Below are positions 26,227 to 35,798 of a stretch of DNA of 36,278 nucleotides, in pieces. The notes below the pieces were generated by a model. That model made no database searches, was not told the DNA's origin, and saw only the letters and a program-made list of their open reading frames with translations. The translations under genes and the position numbers were made by a program. Each line of letters opens with the position of its first letter. Within the stretch, counting starts at the first letter, position 1. Source of the stretch: a bacterium (GTDB taxonomy: Bacteria > UBP18 > UBA7526); the NCBI GenBank assembly GCA_030615855.1, contig JAUWYL010000013.1, forward strand, positions 1 to 36,278, read 5' to 3'.

Positions 26227-28749
26227 ATGGGAAGATACTATCCTTTCCAGAAGATTGAGAAAAAATGGCAGGATTACTGGAGGAAGAGGAACCAGTTTAA
26301 GGTCAAGGAAGACCCCAAGAAGAAAAAGTACTATCTTCTTGAGATGTTTCCTTATCCATCTGGAAAGCTCCATATGGGCCATATGAGAAATTACGTGGTA
26401 GGGGATACCCTGGCTCGCTTCTTGAGGATGAAAGGATATAACACATTATACCCTATGGGCTATGACTCCTTCGGCCTTCCGGCAGAGAATGCTGCTCTTC
26501 AGAATAGAACCCATCCTGCAGAGTGGACGAAGAGATGCATCTCTGATATGAGGAAGCAGCAGGAGAAGATGGGATTATCCTATGACTGGAATAGGCTGAT
26601 CATCACCTGTCAGCCAGACTATTATAAATGGAATCAGTGGATCTTCTTGAAGTTCTATGAGAGGGGATTGGCCTATAAGAGGAAGGCGCCCATCAACTGG
26701 TGCCCCTCTTGTAAAACAGTCTTAGCCAATGAACAGGTTGAGGAGGGGAAGTGCTGGAGATGCGAATCAAGGGTTGAGATAAGAGACTTAGAGCAGTGGT
26801 TCTTCAAGATTACAGAATATGCTCAGGAATTATTAGAAGATTTAGAGAGGTTGGAGGGATGGCCGGAGAGGGTGAAACTGATGCAGGAGAACTGGATCGG
26901 AAGATCAACTGGAACTCTGGTCAACTTCAGACTCAAGGATAGCGATAAGATCCTCCCCATCTTTACTACCAGGCCAGATACTCTCTATGGAGTGACCTTC
27001 ATGACCATGGCCTGTGAACATCCCTTGGTTTTAGAATTGGTTGAGGGTACCAAATATGAGAAAGAAGTTAGGGAATTTATAAATAGAGTAATCTTGGAGG
27101 ATAGATTTACCAGAACGGCAGAGGATAAGGAGAAGGAAGGGGTCTTCATTGGTAGGTGCGCCATCAATCCCCTAACCAATGAAGAGATTCCCGTCTATGT
27201 GGCCAACTTCGTTCTCTTAGAGTATGGTACCGGGATTATCATGGCCGTTCCTGCCCATGATCAAAGAGACTTCGAGTTCGCCCAGAAATATAACATCCCC
27301 ATAAAGCAAGTCATTCAGAAGTCAGATATCAGATATCAGATATCTGAATTGACTGAGGCTTATATTGACCCTGGAATCATGGTAGATTCTGCTCAATTCA
27401 CTGGTCTGAAATCAGAAGAGGCCAAGGGGAAGATTACTACCTATCTAAAAGAGAAGGGGTGGGGGAAGAGGGCGGTTCAGTATAAGTTGCGCGATTGGCT
27501 CATATCCCGCCAGAGATACTGGGGAACACCCATTCCTATCATCTACTGCAAGAAGTGTGGAGTAGTTCCTGTTCCGAGAGAGGAACTACCGGTAGAATTA
27601 CCGCAGGATGTTAAATTTACCGGAAAAGGTAACCCCCTAAAGAAATGTCAAGAATTTGTAAATTGCAGATGTCCTAAGTGTAAGGGGAAGGCCAGAAGGG
27701 AGACGGATACCATGGATACCTTCGTTGACTCCTCCTGGTACTTCTCTAGATATTGTAGCCCGGATTATGATAAGGAACCATTTGATAAAAAGAGGATAGA
27801 TTACTGGATGCCCGTTGATCAGTATATTGGGGGAATAGAGCACGCCATTATGCATCTTTTATATGCCCGATTCTTTACCAAGGCCTTGAGAGACATAAAA
27901 TTATATAAGATCGATGAGCCCTTCAAGAGACTATTCTGTCAGGGGATGGTGGTAAAGGATGGGGCCAAGATGTCCAAGTCAAAGGGGAATGTGGTCTCTG
28001 TTGACGAGATAACGAATAAATACGGTGCAGATACTGCCCGGCTATTCATTCTCTTTGCCTCTCCTCCAGAAAAGGACCTGGAATGGAGTGTGGAAGGAGT
28101 AGAAGGGTCATTTAGGTTTTTGAATAGGGTATGGAGATTAATTAATGATTTTAATTTCCAATTTCCCCCGGCCTCGCCAAGCGAAGCGGGGCGGGCAATT
28201 TCTAATTTACAAGGTAAACCCGAAACCCGAAACCCGAAACCCGAAACTGAGTTAAAAAAGATTACTCATAAAACGATTAAGAAGGTGACTGAGGATATTG
28301 AAAAGAGGTTCCATTTCAATACCGCCATCTCTGCCATTATGGAGCTGGTCAATGCTATACAAAACTCAAAACTCAAAACTCAAAACTCAAAACTCCGAAC
28401 TCCGAACTCCGAACTCCGAAAAGCTATTGAGACCGTAGTGCTATTACTATCTCCCTTTGCTCCCCATATCTGTGAAGAGATCTGGGAGAACCTGGGTAAT
28501 AAACCGAGTATCGGCCAAAAGGATTGGCCAACCTATGATCCAAAAGCAATTATAGAAGAGGAGATTCTAATCGTCATTCAAGTAGATGGAAAACTCCGAA
28601 GCAGAATAAAGGTCCCTATAAATTCAAGCGATGACGAAGTAAAAGAGAAGGCCTTAGCGGATGACAGAATAAAGAAATTTATTTCGGAAAAAAAGATCAA
28701 AAGAGTCATTTTAGTGCCCAAGAAACTGGTGAATATCGTCACCAGATAG
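26227..28749 (+). CDS. leuS: Leucine--tRNA ligase, with several repeat-derived insertions
   Basis: MFPYPSGKLHMGH, FTTRPDT, DWLISRQRYWG, GGIEHA, KMSKS. Confidence 0.98.
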   Translation: MGRYYPFQKIEKKWQDYWRKRNQFKVKEDPKKKKYYLLEMFPYPSGKLHMGHMRNYVVGDTLARFLRMKGYNTLYPMGYDSFGLPAENAALQNRTHPAEWTKRCISDMRKQQEKMGLSYDWNRLIITCQPDYYKWNQWIFLKFYERGLAYKRKAPINWCPSCKTVLANEQVEEGKCWRCESRVEIRDLEQWFFKITEYAQELLEDLERLEGWPERVKLMQENWIGRSTGTLVNFRLKDSDKILPIFTTRPDTLYGVTFMTMACEHPLVLELVEGTKYEKEVREFINRVILEDRFTRTAEDKEKEGVFIGRCAINPLTNEEIPVYVANFVLLEYGTGIIMAVPAHDQRDFEFAQKYNIPIKQVIQKSDIRYQISELTEAYIDPGIMVDSAQFTGLKSEEAKGKITTYLKEKGWGKRAVQYKLRDWLISRQRYWGTPIPIIYCKKCGVVPVPREELPVELPQDVKFTGKGNPLKKCQEFVNCRCPKCKGKARRETDTMDTFVDSSWYFSRYCSPDYDKEPFDKKRIDYWMPVDQYIGGIEHAIMHLLYARFFTKALRDIKLYKIDEPFKRLFCQGMVVKDGAKMSKSKGNVVSVDEITNKYGADTARLFILFASPPEKDLEWSVEGVEGSFRFLNRVWRLINDFNFQFPPASPSEAGRAISNLQGKPETRNPKPETELKKITHKTIKKVTEDIEKRFHFNTAISAIMELVNAIQNSKLKTQNSKLRTPNSELRKAIETVVLLLSPFAPHICEEIWENLGNKPSIGQKDWPTYDPKAIIEEEILIVIQVDGKLRSRIKVPINSSDDEVKEKALADDRIKKFISEKKIKRVILVPKKLVNIVTR
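28361..28416 (+). repeat. Heptamer array (AAAACTC)x5 + (CGAACTC)x3 inside leuS
   Basis: Perfect units; translated QNSKLKTQNSKLRTPNSELR. Further leuS arrays: (AAACCCG)x4 at 28216-28243 and TCAGATA-type at 27315-27349. Confidence 0.95.
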
Positions 28750-28825
28750 TAAGTAACAAGTAGCAATTGTTCAATATTAATTGTTCAATGTTCATTGTAA
28801 ATTGTAAGCTATCAGGGGGAATAAA

Positions 28826-29386
28826 ATGAAGATAAGACGAATCATTCTATTGGTAGCGCTTATGATTGGAATAGTGGCGGCTGGTTGCGCCTATAAGGCA
28901 GAATATAGACTGCCTCCCCATATCAAGAAGATCGCCATTCCCATATTTGGAAACGATACCTATGAGTATGGGGCAGAGAATAGTCTGACCGATGCTGTCA
29001 TTGAGAGCTTTCTTACCGATGGGAGGTTGAAGATTGTAAGTCTAAGGGATGCTGACGCTGTGCTTCAGGGGACAATAAGCGGCTATGGTAAGGATATTTT
29101 ATCCTATGACGATTACGATGTGGCCGAGGAGTACCGGGTATATATTGAGGCCAATATTGCCCTGAAGGATCTGACAACCGGTGAAATCTTGTGGGAAGAG
29201 AAGGAGATGAGGGAGACGAGCACCTACTGGGATACGGATACTGCCCTCCAGCCAAAAGAGACAGAGGCAGAAGGAAAGGCCAGAGCCATCGACAACTTGG
29301 CAAAGGATATCGTTAATCGGGTAATCAGAGGATTCCCCACTGCAAAGTGGAAGAGGGGAATAATTCCGGTAGAAGAGGAGAAGTAA
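28826..29386 (+). CDS. LptE-family lipoprotein
   Basis: Lipobox VAAG-C; IAIPIFGNDT, ADAVLQGTI; follows leuS as in the common leuS-lptE-holA order. Confidence 0.75.
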   Translation: MKIRRIILLVALMIGIVAAGCAYKAEYRLPPHIKKIAIPIFGNDTYEYGAENSLTDAVIESFLTDGRLKIVSLRDADAVLQGTISGYGKDILSYDDYDVAEEYRVYIEANIALKDLTTGEILWEEKEMRETSTYWDTDTALQPKETEAEGKARAIDNLAKDIVNRVIRGFPTAKWKRGIIPVEEEK

Positions 29387-29393
29387 GACACCT

Positions 29394-31256
29394 ATGGAAG
29401 AGAAATTAAAGAAAGGACTGGGACTTCTCGATGTCTTCTGCATCGCTTCCGGTGCCATGATCAGTTCTGGATTATTCATTCTGCCTGCTTTAGCATATGC
29501 TAAGACCGGACCGGCTATGGTCTTCTCTTATATCTTAGCTGGCCTTCTCATCTTACCAGCCATGCTTGCCAAGGCGGAACTGGCCACTGCTATGCCCAAA
29601 GCAGGAGGAACCTATTTTTTTATTGAAAGAAGTATGGGGGCCGCTGCCGGTACCATAGGTGGGCTCACCAGCTGGTTCTCCCTGAGTTTTAAAAGCGCCT
29701 TTGCTCTGGTGGGGATGGGTATATTTGCAACGCTGGTTAACCCCAATATTACCGAGATGCAGATAAAACTTATTGCCGTAGGATGCTGTCTCTTCTTTAT
29801 GTTCGTAAATATCATCGGGGTCAAACATACCGGGAGGTTTCAGATAGCACTGGTTCTCTCTCTCATTGGCATCCTTGTCTTATATGTCCTTCGTGGTTCT
29901 TTCTCTCTTCAACACTCCAGATATATTCCCTTTATGCCTTTTGGTCCGGGTTCTGTCTTTGCTACCGCCGGTCTTGTTTTTATCTCTTTCGGGGGACTAA
30001 CAAAGATATGCTGTGTGGCAGAAGAGGTAAAGAACCCGGGACGAAATATACCACTGGGAATGTTTCTTGCTTTTAGCATAGTAATGGTTCTCTATGCTTT
30101 AGTTACTTTGGTAACCGTAGGCTTGCTCGATCCCCAAAATCTTTCCAGTTCTCTTACCCCCATCTCGCTTGGCGCCAGCACTTTCATGGGAACCGCGGGA
30201 GGTGTGGTATTGGCCATTGCTGCCTTCTTGGCCTTCATCTCCACGGCCAATGCTGGAATTTTAGCCGCCTCTCGCTCACCTATGTCTATGAGCCGGGATC
30301 AACTTCTGCCCGGGTTCTTCAAGAAGATCGGCTCCAAATTTAAAACTCCTTATTCCTCTATAATCTTCACCACTCTCTTTATGATTATCGTTATCTTATT
30401 CTTAAGTCTGGAGAATTTGGTCAAGACCGCCTCTACTTTAATGATTCTATTGTTCGCCTTTGTAAACCTGTCTGTGATCGTTATGCGGGAAAGTAAGATA
30501 CAGACCTATCGCCCAAAATTCCGCTCTCCCCTCTATCCCTGGATTCAGATCTTAGCCATTGGTAGTTATGGATTTCTCATTTTTAAAATGGGAAGGCTTC
30601 CCCTCGAAATAACTGGAATTTTTATCGCTTGTGCCCTGGCCTGGTATCTGGTCTATGCCCGGGCTAAGGTAAGCCGCCGGTCGGCCCTGATGCATATTGT
30701 GGAGCGCATCACTGCCAAAGAATTAAAAGGTACCACCTTACGAGATGAATTAAGGGAGATTATAATTGAGCGAGACAAGATCGTTGAAGATAGATTTGAT
30801 CGCCTGATAAGAAACTCCAAAATTTTAGATATAGACCGCTCTATATCATTAGAAGAGATGTTTACAATGTTATCCGCTACCTTCTCCCAGCGCGTAGGGA
30901 TAGATGAAAAGACCCTCTTTGACCTCTTTGTGGAGAGGGAGAAGCAGACCAGCACCGTGATCGCCCCCGGGCTGGCCATACCGCATGTCATTGTCAAAGG
31001 AGTCCAAGAGTTTGACATTCTTTTAGTCCGTTGTAAAGAAGGGATTATCTTCCCTGATGTTCCTCAACCAGTACATACCATGTTTGTTCTGGTCGCTTCT
31101 CCTGACGAACGCAATTTCTACCTCCGCGCTTTAGCGGCCATTGCCCAGATTGCCCAGGATAAAGACTTTGATAAGAATTGGTTAAAGGCCCGCAACATTG
31201 AGGAGTTGAGAGATATCATTCTCTTGGCAGAGAGGAAACGCATCGGCATAATTTAA
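29394..31256 (+). CDS. APC-family amino acid permease fused to a C-terminal PTS EIIA (Fru/Ntr-type) domain
   Basis: GAMISSGLF, ELATAMPKAGG, AEEVKNPGRNIP, about 12 TM helices; C-terminal EREKQTST...GLAIPH. Confidence 0.88.
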   Translation: MEEKLKKGLGLLDVFCIASGAMISSGLFILPALAYAKTGPAMVFSYILAGLLILPAMLAKAELATAMPKAGGTYFFIERSMGAAAGTIGGLTSWFSLSFKSAFALVGMGIFATLVNPNITEMQIKLIAVGCCLFFMFVNIIGVKHTGRFQIALVLSLIGILVLYVLRGSFSLQHSRYIPFMPFGPGSVFATAGLVFISFGGLTKICCVAEEVKNPGRNIPLGMFLAFSIVMVLYALVTLVTVGLLDPQNLSSSLTPISLGASTFMGTAGGVVLAIAAFLAFISTANAGILAASRSPMSMSRDQLLPGFFKKIGSKFKTPYSSIIFTTLFMIIVILFLSLENLVKTASTLMILLFAFVNLSVIVMRESKIQTYRPKFRSPLYPWIQILAIGSYGFLIFKMGRLPLEITGIFIACALAWYLVYARAKVSRRSALMHIVERITAKELKGTTLRDELREIIIERDKIVEDRFDRLIRNSKILDIDRSISLEEMFTMLSATFSQRVGIDEKTLFDLFVEREKQTSTVIAPGLAIPHVIVKGVQEFDILLVRCKEGIIFPDVPQPVHTMFVLVASPDERNFYLRALAAIAQIAQDKDFDKNWLKARNIEELRDIILLAERKRIGII

Positions 31257-31277
31257 AGCATCGGAACTTCAATGGAA

Positions 31278-31350
31278 CCACGGATTAAATGGATTGGACA
31301 GATTTTTAAAGAGACTACTAATCTGTGTAAATCTGTGAAATCTGTGGTTA
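31278..31350. repeat. Inverted 9-mer-type arrays (CACGGATT-type / AATCTGTG x3)
   Basis: ccacggattaaatggattggacagatt vs aatctgtgtaaatctgtgaaatctgtgg. Confidence 0.8.
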
Positions 31351-31372
31351 CTATTTTGGAATGGAGAGATAA

Positions 31373-32896
31373 ATGTATCATCCTTCATTGAAAGAGTTTA
31401 TTAGGAAGGCTAAAGAGGGGAATCTGATCTCGGTTTACAGAGAAGTGTCAGCGGATTTAGAGACTCCAATATCCATCTTCAGCAAGATTGAGACCGGAAA
31501 ATATGCCTTTCTTTTAGAAAGCGTAGAAAGAGGAAAGAAAATCAGTCGTTACTCCCTGCTGGGTTCTGACCCTTCTCTCATCTTCAAGATTAAGGGTAAG
31601 AGGATAGAGATTATTAGAAGAAATAGAAAAGAAGACTATGAAACACCTAATCCTTTAGAGGCCTTGAAGAAGTTATTGCTCAGTTACAAAACGGTGAAGG
31701 ATGAGAACCTACCGGGGTTCGTTGGGGGTGCGGTGGGCTACCTCGGTTATGACATCGTGCGCCTCTTTGAAGAATTACCGGATGAAAATCCTGACGATCT
31801 CAATCTACCCGATGCCCTATTCTTCTTTGTTTCCACATTTCTTCTCTTTGACCATCTAAAGCATAGAATCAAGGTAGTATCCTGTGCCCCAATTAAGGGG
31901 AATCCTAAAAGAGCATATCAAGAAGCGATTAGAAAGATTGAAAATTTAATAAATCAGCTGGAGAAACCAACCCCCCATCACCGATCATCCATCCTCCGTA
32001 GCAGTTGCACTGCTACTGCGGAGGATGGACCGGTCACTGCGGGCACCCCGACAGAGGTCGGGGTCGGATCACCGATTACTATAAAGTCCAATCTCAGTAA
32101 GGAAGAATTCAAGAGAATAGTAGAGAGGATCAAAGAATACATTAAGGCAAAAGAGGTGCGACAGGTCATCATCTCCCAGAGGTTAGAGACCAGGATCAAC
32201 GTTCCTCCTTTTAATATTTATAGAGCGCTGCGCACCATCAATCCCTCCCCTTATATGTTCTATCTGAAGTGTGAAGATCTGAGATTGATCGGCGCCTCTC
32301 CTGAAAACTTGGTGAAGTTTGAAGGCAGAAAAGTGATAACCAGGCCGGTAGCCTCAACCAGACCGAGGGGGAAGGATGCCCGGGAAGATGGGAGAATGGC
32401 TCAAGAACTCTTTCATAGCTCCAAAGAGAGATCGGAGCATCTGATGCTCGCTCGTTTATGCCAGAAGGAACTGGAAGAGATATGCCAGAGGAATAGTATA
32501 AAGATGGAGAGGGAGATGGAGATTGAAAGATATTCCCATGTGATGCATCTGGTCTCCACCATATCGGGAAGACTTAAAAAGAATAAGGATGCCTTTGACC
32601 TTATCTATACCTGTTTTCCTTCAGCCACTATTACTGGTGTTCCAAAGAAAAGGGCCATGGAGATTATTGAAGAGGTAGAATCAATAAAGAGGGGTCCTTA
32701 TACCGGGGCTATAGGGGTCTTAAGTTTCTCTGGCGATCTGGACCTGGGCATCATAGTTAGAAGTATCATCATTAAGGGAAAACGGGCCTATATCCCGGTG
32801 GGATGTGGGATTGTAGCGGCCTCTATTCCGGAGAGGGAATATCAGGAGACCAGAGATAAGGCCCAGGCCCAGATTGAGGCCATAAATGCTGCTTAG
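31373..32896 (+). CDS. Anthranilate synthase component I-like (chorismate-binding) protein, divergent
   Basis: DLETP, FLLESVE, GGAVGYLGYD, NPSPYM, YSHVMHLVS, EYQETRDKA; several canonical motifs altered. Confidence 0.85.
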   Translation: MYHPSLKEFIRKAKEGNLISVYREVSADLETPISIFSKIETGKYAFLLESVERGKKISRYSLLGSDPSLIFKIKGKRIEIIRRNRKEDYETPNPLEALKKLLLSYKTVKDENLPGFVGGAVGYLGYDIVRLFEELPDENPDDLNLPDALFFFVSTFLLFDHLKHRIKVVSCAPIKGNPKRAYQEAIRKIENLINQLEKPTPHHRSSILRSSCTATAEDGPVTAGTPTEVGVGSPITIKSNLSKEEFKRIVERIKEYIKAKEVRQVIISQRLETRINVPPFNIYRALRTINPSPYMFYLKCEDLRLIGASPENLVKFEGRKVITRPVASTRPRGKDAREDGRMAQELFHSSKERSEHLMLARLCQKELEEICQRNSIKMEREMEIERYSHVMHLVSTISGRLKKNKDAFDLIYTCFPSATITGVPKKRAMEIIEEVESIKRGPYTGAIGVLSFSGDLDLGIIVRSIIIKGKRAYIPVGCGIVAASIPEREYQETRDKAQAQIEAINAA

Positions 32897-32908
32897 GAAG
32901 TTATTGGA

Positions 32909-33901
32909 ATGAGGTATCAAGAATTAATAAGAGAAATAGAGACGGGTAGAATAAGGCCGGTTTATTTATTCAGCGGAGAAGAGAATTATCTGAAAGAGGA
33001 TGCTTTAAGGAGAATAAAAGAGGCTTTAATAAAACCGGAATTTTTGCAGTTTAACTATGATCTTCTCTCTGGCAAGGAAATAAGCGGGACAGAACTTTTG
33101 AATAAACTTTTAACTCTACCTGTAGGAGAAGGAAAGAGGTTGATACTAATAAGGGATGCCCAGAAATTAAATCCCTTTGTCAAAGAGAAGATAATAGAAT
33201 ATTTGGAGAGCCCTTCCCAGACCAGTTGTCTCATTCTTTGGGCTCCTAAAGTAGACTTAAGGAAGAAATTCTATACTACCATAGAAAAGCAAGGGGAATC
33301 TGTTACTTTCTATCCCTTGAGGAATAGGGAATTATCTCTCTGGGTAAGGAATTATCTCTCTCGAAGAAAGAAGAAGATTTCTGCCGATGCCCTTGGGCTC
33401 TTAATGGAGAAGGTGGGGAATAATTTAGGTGAGATGGCCGGGGAACTCGAAAAGCTGCTCATTCACGTTGAGAAGGGAAATGAGATTAATCTCGAGGATG
33501 TAGAAAGCCTGGTAGGAGCAATAAAGAGCCATACCATCTTTGAATTAACTGATGCTATAGGAAAAAAAAGGGAGAAGGAGGCCCTGAGTATCCTTTCCCG
33601 GATGATGGATGAGGGAACTTCGGCTACTGAGATTCTATATATGATCGTTCGCCAGTTTCGTCTTCTCCTGCGTACCAAAAATTTACTGGAGAAGAAGTTC
33701 TCTGAAAATAAAATTATCCCGGCCTTAGCCTTAAAACCTTTTGTAGTAAAGAATCTGGCCATCCAGGCCAAGAATTTCTCTTTAAAAAAGTTGATAGAAA
33801 GTTTTGAAAATCTGCTCCAGGCAGAAGTAGAGATAAAATCAAGCATTAAGACCCCGAGGATGGTACTGGAACTACTCATCCTAAATCTCTGTGAACAGTG
33901 A
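32909..33901 (+). CDS. holA: DNA polymerase III delta subunit
   Basis: VYLFSGEENYL, ELEKL, IFELTDAI, C-terminal LELLILNL; 330 aa; near leuS-lptE. Confidence 0.9.
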   Translation: MRYQELIREIETGRIRPVYLFSGEENYLKEDALRRIKEALIKPEFLQFNYDLLSGKEISGTELLNKLLTLPVGEGKRLILIRDAQKLNPFVKEKIIEYLESPSQTSCLILWAPKVDLRKKFYTTIEKQGESVTFYPLRNRELSLWVRNYLSRRKKKISADALGLLMEKVGNNLGEMAGELEKLLIHVEKGNEINLEDVESLVGAIKSHTIFELTDAIGKKREKEALSILSRMMDEGTSATEILYMIVRQFRLLLRTKNLLEKKFSENKIIPALALKPFVVKNLAIQAKNFSLKKLIESFENLLQAEVEIKSSIKTPRMVLELLILNLCEQ

Positions 33902-34085
33902 TCGGTAAACGGTGACCGGATTACGAGTAACGGGTAACGAGTTACGGGTGACGGGGAAAGTAGGAAACGGAGAAGAAGAGAAATGGGGAAAGGGAAAAGT
34001 CAAATTGCAAATTTCAAAGTGCAAAATGAAAAATGGAGAATTAGGTGATTAACTGTTTTCAATTTTTACTTTTTACTTTTTACTT
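33891..34085. repeat. Stack of different short tandem arrays filling the holA-murJ spacer
   Basis: gtgaaca/gtaaacg-type, acgagta/acgggta-type, ggaaa-core purine-rich units, caaattg/caaaatg-type, then (ttttact)x3. Confidence 0.85.
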
Positions 34086-34105
34086 GTTAAATGAAGCGAG
34101 GGACA

Positions 34106-35659
34106 ATGACGGATGAAGAAAAGATAACCAGGAGGGCAGCAACAGTCAGTCTGGGCACCATGACCAGCCGCATACTGGGCCTGGTGCGAGATATCGTCAT
34201 TGGCACCATGCTTGCTACTGGGATGAGAGATATCTTCTTCTTCGCCTTCACCATACCTAATCTATTCAGGAGATTATTGGGTGAGGGAGCCCTCTCCGCA
34301 GCCTTCATCCCGGTCTTCAACGAATATCTGGCTAAAGAGAAAAAAGAAGAGGCTTTCCGGATAGCAAATACTACCTTCCATCTCTTATTCCTCATTTTGG
34401 TTTTTCTTACTATTATTGGTATCCTGATCGCTCCCCTGATCGTCCACCCCACAGGTTTTGATACTGAAGGTAAGATATTAACCCTTGGACTCTTAAGAGC
34501 TATGTTTCCCTTTGTAATCTTCATCTGTCTTGCAGCCCTTATTATGGGGATTCTCAACTCCTTCGGAAACTTCGCTGTTCCCGCCTTTGCTCCTTGCATC
34601 TTAAACATCTTCATCATCGCTTCAGCGTTTACTATCTGTAATAGGCTCAGACACCCGGTCATGGGCCTTGCTTTGGGGGTAGTCCTTGGTGGTGCCGGCC
34701 AATTACTCTTCCAAGTCCCCTTTGCCATAAAGAAGGGTTTTACCCTTCGTCCTCGAATAGATTATCGTCATCCGGCGGTCAAGAAAATTGGGATGCTTAT
34801 GTTTCCCCTGGCACTTGGTCTAGCAGTTACCCCCATAAATACCTTTGTCGACCGCCTGTTGGCCTCCCTTCCCAGGTTCTGTCCCACGGGAAGCGTCTCC
34901 GCCCTGTGGTATAGCAATAGATTATTTCAGCTTCCTTTGGCTCTCTTCGGTATCGCTATCGCTACCGCCATCTTCCCCACCATATCCCGACAGGCCACCC
35001 TCAAGAAAATAGAAGAACTGAAGGAGACCTTATCTCATGCTTTAGGTCTGGCTTTCTTTACCACCATACCAGCAAGCATAGGGTTAATTGTCTTAAGAGT
35101 GCCCATTCTCCGCCTTCTATTCCAATATAAGAAGTTCACCACCTACGATACCTCTGCCACTGCCTGGGCTCTTCTCTTCTATTCCTTAGGGCTCTTCGCC
35201 TTTGGCGCAGTAATCATTTTAGTGCGAGTCTTCTACTCTTTGAAGGATACTAAGACCCCAGTCATAATCGCCTCTTTTGCTGTAGTAGCCAATATCATTC
35301 TGGACCTCATTCTCATGAGACCTCTGGCTCATGGGGGATTAGCCCTGGCCACCAGTCTGGTAGCTATCTTGAATATGTCTATCCTCTTCTGGTTCTTGAG
35401 GAGAAGGATTGGTAGGTTAGGGGGAAAGAGGATTCTTACTAATTTTATCCGGATACTCATTGCCTCTTCTCTTATGGGTGGAATCTGTTGGTTAGTAGCA
35501 AGGGCTTTCGAGCCTTATGTTCTTACTATTGGCTTTAGAGTTCTTCAGGTGGGGGTAGCGACTGTCGCTGGTCTGATAACCTTAGCTATCACATCCATTA
35601 TATTAAGGATTAAAGAGATGAGGACCATCTTAGAGATAGTAACCGGAAGAACAAGATGA
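34106..35659 (+). CDS. murJ: Lipid II flippase MurJ (alternative start 34091)
   Basis: SRILGLVRD, PNLFRRLLGEGALSAAFIP, RLFQLPLALFG, FYSLKDTKTP, HGGLALATS. Confidence 0.96.
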   Translation: MTDEEKITRRAATVSLGTMTSRILGLVRDIVIGTMLATGMRDIFFFAFTIPNLFRRLLGEGALSAAFIPVFNEYLAKEKKEEAFRIANTTFHLLFLILVFLTIIGILIAPLIVHPTGFDTEGKILTLGLLRAMFPFVIFICLAALIMGILNSFGNFAVPAFAPCILNIFIIASAFTICNRLRHPVMGLALGVVLGGAGQLLFQVPFAIKKGFTLRPRIDYRHPAVKKIGMLMFPLALGLAVTPINTFVDRLLASLPRFCPTGSVSALWYSNRLFQLPLALFGIAIATAIFPTISRQATLKKIEELKETLSHALGLAFFTTIPASIGLIVLRVPILRLLFQYKKFTTYDTSATAWALLFYSLGLFAFGAVIILVRVFYSLKDTKTPVIIASFAVVANIILDLILMRPLAHGGLALATSLVAILNMSILFWFLRRRIGRLGGKRILTNFIRILIASSLMGGICWLVARAFEPYVLTIGFRVLQVGVATVAGLITLAITSIILRIKEMRTILEIVTGRTR

Positions 35660-35660
35660 G

Positions 35661-35798
35661 TCCCGCACCTTTTATCATATTTTATACTTATCTTTTAAGA
35701 AGTAAAAGAAAAAGTCCTGTGAACCCCGCCCCTTCCTTGCCTGTGGTTGAGATTTGGGGAGAAGAAGGAGCGGGGTGAATCATAAAAAAGGTGCGGGA
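35661..35798. mobile_element. MITE-like element (138 bp) containing a second nested element
   Basis: Perfect 13-bp TIR tcccgcacctttt / aaaaggtgcggga; TGAG direct repeat at 35657-35660 and 35799-35802. Confidence 0.8.
35724..35775. mobile_element. Nested MITE-like element (52 bp)
   Basis: TIR ccccgccccttc / gaaggagcgggg (11/12); TGAA direct repeat at 35720-35723 and 35776-35779. Confidence 0.75.
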
